From contig CAWIPH010000002.1 in assembly GCA_963837955.1 (NCBI GenBank), positions 3,808,001 through 3,872,000 on the forward strand: DNA of 64,000 nt, given 5' to 3'. The stretch comes from an uncultured Verrucomicrobiae bacterium. Lineage in GTDB: Bacteria > Verrucomicrobiota > Verrucomicrobiia > Chthoniobacterales > JAFAMB01. Below, one piece after another: positions 20,309 to 29,243 of the stretch. The number at the start of each line of letters is the position of its first letter. Within the stretch, counting starts at the first letter, position 1. The position numbers and the translations under genes are program-made. The notes below the pieces were generated by a model. The model was not told the DNA's origin, searched no databases, and was given only the letters and a program-made list of their open reading frames with translations.

Positions 20309-20785
20309 ATGAGTGAGTTTTCTATTCGTTTCGCGACTCCGGAGGACGCCGAAACCGTTTTCCATTTGGTTCGACAGCTAGCCGAATACGAAAAGCTTGC
20401 TCACGAAGTCATATCATCGCCGGAAAATTTCCGTGAGACGTTGGCGCGTCGGGAATCGACACTCGAAGTGCTTCTAGCCGAATCCAGCGGACAAGCTGTC
20501 GGATTCGCGCTCTTTTTCGAAAACTTTTCGACTTTTCTTGGCCGGCCAGGGCTCTACCTCGAAGATCTTTTTGTGCTGCCGGAGGTCCGCCGGCTGGGAA
20601 TCGGTACGGCTCTCTTTGAACGCATGTTCGAAATTGCTCGGGACAGAAAGTACGGTCGCATCGAGTGGGCGGTCCTGGATTGGAACACCCCGGCGATCGA
20701 ATTTTACACCAAGAAATTAGGAGCACGGTTGCTAACCGATTGGCGCGTTTGCCGAGTGATGATGGGGGATGAGGGATCGGAGTGA
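20309..20785 (+). CDS. GNAT N-acetyltransferase (diamine acetyltransferase-like)
   Basis: LAEYEK, NFSTFLGRPGLYLEDLFV, RRLGIG, EWAVLDWNTPAIEFY. Confidence 0.92.
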   Translation: MSEFSIRFATPEDAETVFHLVRQLAEYEKLAHEVISSPENFRETLARRESTLEVLLAESSGQAVGFALFFENFSTFLGRPGLYLEDLFVLPEVRRLGIGTALFERMFEIARDRKYGRIEWAVLDWNTPAIEFYTKKLGARLLTDWRVCRVMMGDEGSE

Positions 20786-20796
20786 TGGAGTGATGG

Positions 20797-21471
20797 CTAG
20801 ACCATTTTGAGCCGCTCGCGCATCGCGTCCTCTACTCGCTTCCGTTCCACCTCAAATTCTTCCGGAGTCTTGGTCGGAGGCACTTGGATCAAGGGCAGAA
20901 TCGTCAGGTCAACTCTAGAGAAGGGTTTCGGAATCGCGAATCCGTCCCAAGATTTCAGTCGCCAAAAGGAACTGAATTCGAAGAGGAGCGGCATTAACGG
21001 GACCTGGCAATGCTGGGACAAAAGAACGACCCCGGGAGAAAGCTTGTATTTCGGGCCGCGAGGACCATCCGGCGTGATGCAAAGGTCGTAGCCCTCCTTC
21101 ACCTTTTTCACGAGATCCATAAGGGCAATCGCCCCGCGGCGCGAACTGGAGCCCCGGATCGAGCCAACCCCGAGATGCCGGACCAACTCGGCTCCATAAG
21201 CCCCATCTCGGCTAGCGCTGTTGAGGATGTATGCTCCTTTGCGCTTCGGATAATGTCGCATGAATGCCGCCGCCATACCGAGCATGCGATTGTGCCAAAT
21301 CAAGGCGACGACGGGCCGCGGGTCGGTTGATTGAAAGAAACCGGCTTCGTCCACGATGCGACACCGAAGCGTGCTTAAGTACGCCTTAACCAGCAGCGCG
21401 GCAAGCCACAGCAACAGTTTTGTACCTCGCTTGAGCTGACGAACTTCGGTCGACCGGGCCAGGGAAGACAC
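20797..21471 (-). CDS. DUF374 / LPLAT-family acyltransferase (LpxJ-like)
   Basis: WHNR, SASRDG, IRGSSSRRG, ITPDGPRGP, KSWDGFAIPKPFS. Confidence 0.85.
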   Translation of the reverse strand: MSSLARSTEVRQLKRGTKLLLWLAALLVKAYLSTLRCRIVDEAGFFQSTDPRPVVALIWHNRMLGMAAAFMRHYPKRKGAYILNSASRDGAYGAELVRHLGVGSIRGSSSRRGAIALMDLVKKVKEGYDLCITPDGPRGPKYKLSPGVVLLSQHCQVPLMPLLFEFSSFWRLKSWDGFAIPKPFSRVDLTILPLIQVPPTKTPEEFEVERKRVEDAMRERLKMV

Positions 21472-21598
21472 TACAAGTTATAGGTTACAGGTTGCAGGTT
21501 GCAGGTTACAAGTTGAGGGTCTCTGCGTGACGAAACGCCCAGCTTGGGGCTTGTAACCTGGAACTTGTAACCCGGAACTTGCAACATGTAACCCCCTT

Positions 21599-23362
21599 CT
21601 AGACCATTGGCCGGAACTTGCCGACAACTTCGCTCAATCGGTTCGTGATCTGGCCCAACGAACAATGCTCAACGGTATTAACCAGTTCAGCGAATACGTT
21701 GCCGCCGGTCTCAACTACGTTGGCTAACGCATCCAGACTTTTTTCGGATTGGTCCGCGTGCCGGTGATGAAACTCATGCAGACGATCTAAGTGTAATTGC
21801 TTCTTTTCCCTTGGCGTTCGAACCATCTCGATATTCGGCCAACGGTTCTCATCATCCGAGTAGCGGTTTAACCCGACAATTGAGCGCTCGCCGCTGGAAA
21901 TCTGACTCTCCAGGAGATGAGCAGCCGCCTGGATCTGGCTTCGCTGATAACGCCGCTCGATGGCTCCCAGAACACCTCCTTGTTCCTCGATCGCTTCAAA
22001 CTCCTCCAGGATGCCTACCTCCACGGCATCGGCCACTACTCGCATTCCGGGTGATCCGGCGAGCGTGTTCATCATATGCCGGAAGAGCCCGCTCTCTTCC
22101 AGTAAGATGGCCTGAGCGTGCGCAGCGTACCGGGCGTATTCTTCGCTTGGCGTGGTGAACGGTTCATCAGCAGAGTTGCTGTGACACGAATTTGTCGCGT
22201 TCATGCAGGCAAGCACCAACTCGATGGCCGTTCGCGTGAGATTGTTTTTCCAATCTGCCGCCACCAATGATCGACCGCTCGTCTGGGTGTGTAGCTTGAG
22301 CTTCTGAGCTCGTTCGCCCGCCCCGAAAACGTCTCTCATGCCAAGGGCCCAGATTTTGCGGCAGACCCGGGCCAAGGCCACATATTCGACATCGAGTCCA
22401 CAATCGAGGAAAAACGAGAGACGAGGACCGAACACGTCCACCTCCATGCCGCGATTCTGGAAATAATCAACGTACGCGAAACCATTCGAGAGCGTATAGG
22501 CTGCTTGTTGTACCGGGGTCGCCCCGGCCTCGGCGATGTGATAGCCGCTGATGGAGATCGGATACCAACGCGGCATCTCGGTGGCGCAAAAGTCGACCAT
22601 GTCCGCGAGGAACCGCATCGAAGGCTCGATCGGGAAGATGAGCTCGTTTTGTGCTTGGACTTCCTTAAGTACGTCGGCCTGAATCGTGCCTCGCAATTTC
22701 GATACTACGGTTGGACCAAACCGCCGCTTAGCGGCCGCAATGTACATCGCGAGAAGAATCGGCGCAGGCCCCGAGATGGTCATTGAGACGGAGACGCGCG
22801 GCTGGTCGAGCGCGAAGCCTGCATAAAGCCGCTCGACGTCATCAACCGTGTCCACCGCGACACCGCCTTCCCCGATCTTTCCGAAAACTCCGCGTGCTCC
22901 AGCTCCGACACCGTAAAGAGTCGGTCCGTCGAAGGCTGTGCTCAAACGCTTGCTCTGCTGGTTGCGCGACAAATAGTGAAATCGCGCATTGGTATCCTCG
23001 GGTAAGCCAAGCCCTGCGAACAGGCGGGTTGGTTCTTCGCTCTGCGTTCCGTTACCCGTAAATCCGTTTGAATGCAGGTACTGCTCGGAATAAGCAGCGG
23101 ACAAATAAGGGAACTCGCCGGGCAGACCCTCTTCCAGAAGGAACCGAGTGATTTCGCCAGCTTCATCGAGTTCCGGCAGGGCCAACGTCGGAAGTTTGAT
23201 CCCGGTCGGGGTGCTGGTCGTCCCAATCTTTGAACGGATTTCGCGCCACCGGTTCTCTACTTGCTCTGCAGCCTCGGGGACATCGCGCACACGCTTCACT
23301 TCCGACCGAACAAATTTGCGGTATTTCCGCACTGCTTGAACAATTTGACCGAGGGACGTCAT
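21599..23362 (-). CDS. B12-dependent acyl-CoA mutase, substrate-binding subunit (IcmF C-terminal half)
   Basis: PGEFPY, EEPTRLFAG, RLSTAFD, RGTIQADVLKE, ISISGYHIAEAGA, HTQTSGRSL, GGVLGAIE. Confidence 0.9.
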   Translation of the reverse strand: MTSLGQIVQAVRKYRKFVRSEVKRVRDVPEAAEQVENRWREIRSKIGTTSTPTGIKLPTLALPELDEAGEITRFLLEEGLPGEFPYLSAAYSEQYLHSNGFTGNGTQSEEPTRLFAGLGLPEDTNARFHYLSRNQQSKRLSTAFDGPTLYGVGAGARGVFGKIGEGGVAVDTVDDVERLYAGFALDQPRVSVSMTISGPAPILLAMYIAAAKRRFGPTVVSKLRGTIQADVLKEVQAQNELIFPIEPSMRFLADMVDFCATEMPRWYPISISGYHIAEAGATPVQQAAYTLSNGFAYVDYFQNRGMEVDVFGPRLSFFLDCGLDVEYVALARVCRKIWALGMRDVFGAGERAQKLKLHTQTSGRSLVAADWKNNLTRTAIELVLACMNATNSCHSNSADEPFTTPSEEYARYAAHAQAILLEESGLFRHMMNTLAGSPGMRVVADAVEVGILEEFEAIEEQGGVLGAIERRYQRSQIQAAAHLLESQISSGERSIVGLNRYSDDENRWPNIEMVRTPREKKQLHLDRLHEFHHRHADQSEKSLDALANVVETGGNVFAELVNTVEHCSLGQITNRLSEVVGKFRPMV

Positions 23363-23381
23363 AGGCCGCTGTTAAGGGATG

Positions 23382-24569
23382 TTAAGAGGCTCGCTGCGTA
23401 GCCGTCGCGCATTCAGATAAGCGCACGCCTTCGGTTTTTCGGGGAAACAAAATTTCAAAAAGCTGGTCGACTCCAGGATCATCATGCCGAGTGGCTTGCG
23501 TTCGGAGCAAACGCTGTCCGCGATGATTGGGACCGATCCGAGCTTCGATTTCGGCCAACGCCGTCCGCGCTCCTCGCAGGTCCGACTTGTTGACGACGAT
23601 CACTTCAGCGGCATCGAGCATCGCGATCTTGTGCAACTGCAGCCGGCCACCATAGTCCGGCGGCATTACCAGAAACGACGCATCGAGCCTCATTTCGGCA
23701 AAATCGAACGGCAACGCCTCCTGGCCAGTACCAACTGTCTCGACCAGCACAGCATCGAAAATTTCGGTGCCGGCCAGGAAACGTAAGCTTTGTTCCGTAA
23801 CCAGGCTGAGCCCTCCCGACTGCCCTCGCGTAGCCATGCTGCGGATAAAGACGCGATCGTCTTGGGAATAAATCATGGTCGCTCGATCACCCAAAAGTGC
23901 GCCTAATCCAAGTACACTGGGATCATGCGACAAGATAGCGATCCTCCGGTCTTTAGAGAAATGTCGGAGAAAACGCGTCACCAGCTCGTCGATCAGCGTG
24001 GTCTTTCCGGCTCCGCCCGGCCCGGTAAAGCCAAACATTCTTGTTGTCCGCGGGATTGGCAGGTTTCCAGCCGACGCCAACACGCGACTCCCCGCGCCAT
24101 TCTCAATGCGGGTCAACATCGCGGCTAGCGCTTGATCGCTTCTCGAGTTGCCGAATTCTCCTTGAGGTACCGGAGCCCCAAATCGTCTTTTGACGTAATC
24201 GACCATTTCCCCGAGGGACGTACCAGCAAAGAAGATCTGGTCCACTCCCGACTCATACATCTGTTCCGCGTCCGCTTTTGTGATGGTAGCACCACCACCC
24301 CCGAACAATTTGATGTGCTGACCGTTTCGAGCGCGCAGTTCCGCTAGAACCTCGGCAAAAAATTCTATGTGACCGCCGTTGTAGCTGGAAATACCGATCG
24401 CCCGGACCCCCTCCTGTACAGCGGCTCGCACGATGTCCTCAGCCGACCGGTGATAACCCAAGTAGACAACCTCGATCCCATGCCGGATCAGCTCGAGATT
24501 GATCGTATTAATGGCGCTGTCGTGTCCGTCGCAGATGGGAACGGCAGTCAGGATCCGGATTGGTTCCAT
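23382..24569 (-). CDS. Cobalamin-binding domain fused to MeaB-type GTPase (IcmF N-terminal half)
   Basis: DGHDSAIN, SSYNGGH, FGGGG; GPGGAGKTT P-loop, GALLGDR, VETVGTGQ, NKSD. Confidence 0.9.
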   Translation of the reverse strand: MEPIRILTAVPICDGHDSAINTINLELIRHGIEVVYLGYHRSAEDIVRAAVQEGVRAIGISSYNGGHIEFFAEVLAELRARNGQHIKLFGGGGATITKADAEQMYESGVDQIFFAGTSLGEMVDYVKRRFGAPVPQGEFGNSRSDQALAAMLTRIENGAGSRVLASAGNLPIPRTTRMFGFTGPGGAGKTTLIDELVTRFLRHFSKDRRIAILSHDPSVLGLGALLGDRATMIYSQDDRVFIRSMATRGQSGGLSLVTEQSLRFLAGTEIFDAVLVETVGTGQEALPFDFAEMRLDASFLVMPPDYGGRLQLHKIAMLDAAEVIVVNKSDLRGARTALAEIEARIGPNHRGQRLLRTQATRHDDPGVDQLFEILFPRKTEGVRLSECATATQRAS

Positions 24570-24751
24570 AAAATTGGGGAAGAAAGATAACCTAGTTCCA
24601 GAAAGCAACAAACCGTATGCCCGATGCAAGCTTAGGTAACAACCGCTTTATCGAAACGCATCGGTATCCATAGCAGACTTGGGTTTTTACGGCGATTTGA
24701 AGATAGTCTAACCGATTGCCGGCGTTTGAGTAATGAGAAAGAACCCGGGCG

Positions 24752-24787
24752 GGGAGGGATCGCGTCCTCGCGATCCGCGGCGCACGA
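24752..24787. repeat. Partial family B REP-like doublet
   Basis: GGGAGGGATCGCGTCCTCGCGATCCGCGGCGCACGA, identical to the start of 44739-44790. Confidence 0.8.
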
Positions 24788-24902
24788 TACCGCGAAAACT
24801 CGCCCAGCCATTCAATCGCGCCACTCCCGACCTTAGGAGCCGAACGGCGTCCCCATCGCGAAGTTGCAATGGCGGACGCTAGGGAATGCGCCCAAACGGC
24901 TT

Positions 24903-25340
24903 TCAATCCTCGACTACTTCGTCCGAAATCTCATTGCGCCGCTTAGAGCCGTCGGGCGGAAAATGTTCGGCCAGCACCGAGCCTACTTTCTCAACCGCAC
25001 CAACGATTGCTGCGGTAAACTCTCCCTTTTTGAGATCCGGCTGCATTTGCTGAATCACTTCTTCCCAGAAAGCCTCATCAGACTTGGTATCGACAGCGGT
25101 GTCGCCAAAAATTGCTACTTTTTGAGCGGCCGGAGCCACGAGTATCAACACGCCGTTCCGTTTCTCGGTCCGATCGAGTTTTAACTTGCGAAATGATTTT
25201 CGGGCAAAGGCAAGGGCGTCTTTAGGTCGACGACGCGTGACGAAAACTACAATCTGGCCACTGGATTTGTTTTCGGCTTTTCGAATTGCCGCAGCGACCC
25301 GATCGTGCTCGAGCCGATCCAGAAAGTGTTTGGTCTTCAT
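24903..25340 (-). CDS. TPM-domain protein
   Basis: AAIRKAENKSSGQI, TEKRNGVLILV, GD, HFP...NEISD. Confidence 0.88.
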   Translation of the reverse strand: MKTKHFLDRLEHDRVAAAIRKAENKSSGQIVVFVTRRRPKDALAFARKSFRKLKLDRTEKRNGVLILVAPAAQKVAIFGDTAVDTKSDEAFWEEVIQQMQPDLKKGEFTAAIVGAVEKVGSVLAEHFPPDGSKRRNEISDEVVED

Positions 25341-25358
25341 AAGCTCGGACCCGGAGAG

Positions 25359-26195
25359 CTACCAACTGCCTCCGGCGCCACCTCCGCCGGTGTCCCCTCC
25401 GCCCCCAGAGAAACCGCCGCCATCACCACCACCGCCGCCGCCGCCGAATCCACCCCCACCGCCGCCAAACCCGCCGCCACCAATCCAAGGGCCACCTCCC
25501 CCGCCGATGATTAGCCCGCCGCGTCTTCGAGCAGCGATCATGGCAAACACCAAAAAAACGAGCAGGAAAACCACTGGAATAATCCAAGACGAGTCGTCAG
25601 ACGCGTGGCCGCGCTGTTCAGCCACCGTTTTGCCGATGCCTTTGTACTCCCCTTGAGCAGCCGCCATCATGGCGTGAACGCCCTGAGCCAGGCCCCCGTC
25701 AAAGTCGCCCGCCTGAAACCGCGGGGCGATCTGATCCGAGACGATCCGCTTACAGATTGCGTCCGGTAATGCTCCTTCCAGGCCGCGGCCGGTCGCGATC
25801 CAGATCTTCCGGTTTTTGACAAAAACCAAAAGCAACGCGCCATTGTCCTTTCCTTGCTGCCCAATTTTCGCGGCGCGGTAGAGTTGGACGCTGTAGTCTT
25901 CGACAGTCGTCGTGTCGGGAAGTTCTGGAAAGATGACTACTACCAATTGGTTCGAAGTTGAGCGTTCGAACGATTCCAGTTCGCTATTCAGGGCCTCAAC
26001 GGTAGCAGGTTTGATTAGCCCGGCATAGTCGTTGAAGTAGCGCTTCGGCGGGTTTTTGAGCGCCTCCTCAGCGGTAACGGCTCGAGCGGCCTGAGGCACA
26101 GCCGAAGCGGCTACAATCACCAATCCGATCGCTACGAAACTACGCCGGAGAGCAGCCGAAAGCGGGATGGACAGAGAGCGTGCTCTCATAGGCAA
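25359..26195 (-). CDS. TPM-domain membrane protein (YgcG-like) with Gly-rich tail
   Basis: NDYAGL, GQQGKDNGALLLV, GRGLEGALPD, TM helix, GGFSGGGGDTGGGGAGGSW. Confidence 0.9.
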   Translation of the reverse strand: MPMRARSLSIPLSAALRRSFVAIGLVIVAASAVPQAARAVTAEEALKNPPKRYFNDYAGLIKPATVEALNSELESFERSTSNQLVVVIFPELPDTTTVEDYSVQLYRAAKIGQQGKDNGALLLVFVKNRKIWIATGRGLEGALPDAICKRIVSDQIAPRFQAGDFDGGLAQGVHAMMAAAQGEYKGIGKTVAEQRGHASDDSSWIIPVVFLLVFLVFAMIAARRRGGLIIGGGGGPWIGGGGFGGGGGGFGGGGGGGDGGGFSGGGGDTGGGGAGGSW

Positions 26196-26231
26196 TTAAT
26201 ATGATGCGGTAGCCCGGAGGCAGCAACCGAT

Positions 26232-26873
26232 CTACTTCGGACTGGGCGAGGGACTAAAAGATGGGAATGAAACCGTAGGGGCGTTTTCCGCACCGGCGGC
26301 ACTGGCAAAGTATGCTTTCGGGCTGAAACCCATTAGGCCGGCGTACAGCACCGTTGGGAAGGACTTGACCATCACGTTGTAGGCCTGAGCAGCCTTATTG
26401 AAATCGCCACGGGCAACTGCTATCCGGTTCTCGGTACCTTCGAGTTGGGCCTGAAGATCACGGAAATTGGTATTGGCCTTTAATTCCGGGTAGTTTTCAC
26501 TGACCGCCAGCAAACGTCCTAGAGTGCTCGATAGACCATCCTGAGCCTGCTGGAATCGTTTAATGGCCTCCGGATCAGTTGGCGCCTTGGACATATCGAC
26601 GGTCACCTTGGTGGCGTTTGCCCGGGCATTAATCACGTCTGTCAGGGTCGATTTTTCGAAATTTGCCGCCCCTTGGACGGTGTTTACCAGATTGGGTATC
26701 AGGTCCGCTCTTCGCTGGTACTGGGTTTGCACGTTAGCCCAGGAGGTATCAACGCTGGCTTGAGACTGCACCAGGCGATTGTAGCCGCCGCCGCCAACCA
26801 CGGCGGCGATCGCTACGACAACTAAAATTAGCACCGCTAGGCACCCGCATCCGATCGCAACGTTTCTGTTCAT
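26232..26873 (-). CDS. lemA: LemA family protein
   Basis: YQRRADLIPNLVNTV, ENYPELKAN, QLEGTENRIAVAR. Confidence 0.93.
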   Translation of the reverse strand: MNRNVAIGCGCLAVLILVVVAIAAVVGGGGYNRLVQSQASVDTSWANVQTQYQRRADLIPNLVNTVQGAANFEKSTLTDVINARANATKVTVDMSKAPTDPEAIKRFQQAQDGLSSTLGRLLAVSENYPELKANTNFRDLQAQLEGTENRIAVARGDFNKAAQAYNVMVKSFPTVLYAGLMGFSPKAYFASAAGAENAPTVSFPSFSPSPSPK

Positions 26874-27120
26874 ATATTCAGGGAGAGGCCAAGTCTCCGA
26901 GTTCTTATCCTGTTTAGGTGCTATTTGGCAACCGCAACCCAATTTCCCTGGGAAAAAGTGGCGCAATAGGGGGCGCTTCTGCCCCCCAAGGGCGCTTCCC
27001 TCTGCCGCCAAAGGCACGGCCGAGAGATCGATCGTCAGGGTAGAATTGGTTGCCTCCAGGGGAGCCGGAACCTACCCGGGCGGTTTTACAGGATTAAGCA
27101 AGGTTTTTCTGCTAGTTCAA

Positions 27121-27149
27121 TTGACGGTCAGGGCAAGTACGGCTACTAT
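27121..27149 (+). promoter_or_regulatory. Sigma70-type promoter of rpsU
   Basis: TTGACG-17 nt-TACTAT, ending 37 nt before the ATG at 27187. Confidence 0.7.
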
Positions 27150-27186
27150 CCTGCCCTCACAAACTGCTCGAAGAAAAAGATTTTTT

Positions 27187-27381
27187 ATGCCTGAAGTAAT
27201 TGTCCGCAAAGGAGAGCCTATCGACCGGGCCCTCAAGCGCTTAAAGAACAAACTAGACGCCGAGGGTATCATGGAGGAAGTGCGGCGTCTGCGCGCTTTC
27301 GAGACCCCGAACCAGAAAGTTCGTCGGAAGGCTAAACTTGCGGCCAAACGGGGCAAGATGAAGTTCCGCTTTAATCCCTAA
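27187..27381 (+). CDS. rpsU: 30S ribosomal protein S21
   Basis: MPEVIVRKGEPIDRALKRLK..EGIMEEVRR..FETP. Confidence 0.95.
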   Translation: MPEVIVRKGEPIDRALKRLKNKLDAEGIMEEVRRLRAFETPNQKVRRKAKLAAKRGKMKFRFNP

Positions 27382-27405
27382 GTTACTCTTACATAGGTAC
27401 TTCCG

Positions 27406-27437
27406 AAAGCTTCGCATCACCGCGAAGCTTTTTTATT
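27406..27437 (+). terminator. Rho-independent terminator after rpsU
   Basis: AAAGCTTCGC-loop-GCGAAGCTTT hairpin followed by a T-tract. Confidence 0.8.
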
Positions 27438-27737
27438 CGGCTGAGAAAGGCTATTTGCTCAGACCCAACAATCCGAAAGCGTTGAGATTCCCATCACGGT
27501 CGGAGGGGAGCCGCTTGCGGCTCCCGGGAGCGGCCCATGATCACACAACACACCCGATCGCTCGCCTCGATTCCTCAATTCGCCCTGGATTATTCTCGGG
27601 CGTCGCAAGCGACGCCCCTCCGACGGTTGGGCATAGCCGAGATAATCGCCGTGGCGCGCCAAGGTTTCAGGCTACTCGCCTTGAGACCAATCCGTCTCCG
27701 TATTTCGTTCCAATCGAGGCCTTTGCCGCCTCCTCCT

Positions 27738-29243
27738 CTACTTGCCCAGCAGGCCTACAATCGCTTCGACTAGCCCGTCAATATCGTGACGTTCCGCCTC
27801 GACATCCACCTTTAGGCCGGCCTGTCGCATCGTTTCTGACGTGATCGGGCCGATGCTGGCGGTCCGCAAATTCCCCGGCCAAGGAAGTTTGAGCGCTAGA
27901 AAATTCGTTACCGTCGACGAGCTGGTAAATGTCACGAGGTCTGCACCGTCCCGTTCAAAGCGTTCTCGTGCGCCCGTGCTGTCTTGGGTCTCGAGGACGG
28001 TTCGATAAGCTATCGCCTCGTCCAAGATCGCCCCGAGCTGCGTGAGCCGCTTCGGCAACACGTCCCGGGCGTTTTCCGCACGCACCAGCAAGAGTTTCAG
28101 GTTATCCAGGCTTTCATACTCCCGGAGCGCCTCGGCCACGGCCTCTGCCACGAAATCGTTCGGCTGTACTTCGACGGTCAAATGATAATTTCGAATCATC
28201 TGGGCGGTACCGGGGCCGATGGCCGCAATCCGCACATTCCCGATATTACGCGTGTCCTGATACAGCTTGAAGAACATGTCGAAAAACGCAGTCACACCAT
28301 TTGGACTAGTAAAAATCAGCCAATCATACTGGTAAGCGTCGCGAACCAGTTCGCCGAATTCGAGCAGCTCCTTAGGCGGCTCGATCCGGATGGTAGGCAA
28401 TTCGATTACATCCGCGCCTAGAAGCTGGAGCCTGGCGCTGAGCACTCCAGCCTGACGACGGGTACGGGTGACCACAATTCGACGGCCAAACAAAGGCCGT
28501 TTCTCAAACCAGGCAAGTTTTTGCCGAAAGGAGACCACTTTGCCGAAAACCGCGACAGCGGGAGCCTCAAAGCCGGCAGCTCGATCGACGATGTTTTCCA
28601 GCGTACCAGTGACTGTTTCCTGCCGGCCAGTCGTACCCCAACGCACCAGGGCAACCGGCATCGATAACTCGGCGCCATGTTGGCGGAGAGCGGCGACCAC
28701 TTTCTCGAGTCGCTCAACGCCCATCAACATCACCAGGGTCCCTCCGCCTTTAACCAGCGAATCATAGTCCAGATCCGACTGCTCTTTTGTCGGGTCCTCG
28801 TGACCAGTGAATACCGTGAAAGAAGAGGTAACACCCCGGTGAGTGATAGGAATGCCCGCGTAGGCCGGCACAGCAATCGCGGCGCTAATTCCAGGGACCA
28901 CCTCGAACTTAATTCCGGCGGCGGCTAAGGCCTCCGCTTCCTCACCGCCTCTTCCGAAGACAAATGGATCACCGCCTTTGAGTCGTACCACGTTTTTACC
29001 AGCTCGCGCTCGCTCGACAACGAGCTCATTGATTTCGGCCTGCGTTAGCGTGTGTCGACCTGCCTTTTTTCCGGCATAGACTATTTCCGCATCCGCCGGA
29101 GCCCATCTCAAAACCTCGGGATTGCAGAGATAATCGTAAACAATCACGTCTGCGTGTTCGATTGCGTCTTTCGCCCGCAAGGTCACGAGGCCAAGATCAC
29201 CCGGGCCGGCCCCCGCCAGAACGCATTTACCTAGTGTTGCCAT
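27738..29243 (-). CDS. cobA: Uroporphyrinogen-III C-methyltransferase / uroporphyrinogen-III synthase fusion
   Basis: GAGPGD, RLKGGDPFVFGRGGEE; C-terminal HemD domain (VVTR, FTSPNGV, FTSSSTV, IGPIT). Confidence 0.95.
   Translation of the reverse strand: MATLGKCVLAGAGPGDLGLVTLRAKDAIEHADVIVYDYLCNPEVLRWAPADAEIVYAGKKAGRHTLTQAEINELVVERARAGKNVVRLKGGDPFVFGRGGEEAEALAAAGIKFEVVPGISAAIAVPAYAGIPITHRGVTSSFTVFTGHEDPTKEQSDLDYDSLVKGGGTLVMLMGVERLEKVVAALRQHGAELSMPVALVRWGTTGRQETVTGTLENIVDRAAGFEAPAVAVFGKVVSFRQKLAWFEKRPLFGRRIVVTRTRRQAGVLSARLQLLGADVIELPTIRIEPPKELLEFGELVRDAYQYDWLIFTSPNGVTAFFDMFFKLYQDTRNIGNVRIAAIGPGTAQMIRNYHLTVEVQPNDFVAEAVAEALREYESLDNLKLLLVRAENARDVLPKRLTQLGAILDEAIAYRTVLETQDSTGARERFERDGADLVTFTSSSTVTNFLALKLPWPGNLRTASIGPITSETMRQAGLKVDVEAERHDIDGLVEAIVGLLGK

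Noticed and set aside
23360..23400. Frameshift or sequencing error splitting icmF
   Set aside because: Stops occur in both relevant frames in an order that a single indel cannot bypass, and the second gene has its own ATG.
24570..24900. Cobalamin riboswitch upstream of the B12 mutase
   Set aside because: No B12-box consensus seen by eye; the structured part is a family B repeat. An Rfam scan would be decisive.
25370..25505. CCG/CCA-rich low-complexity tract as a regulatory repeat
   Set aside because: It encodes the normal Gly-rich tail of the TPM-domain protein.
27537..27773. 78-aa ORF between rpsU and cobA
   Set aside because: Overlaps the cobA 3' end on the opposite strand and has no recognisable motif; cannot be supported without homology data.
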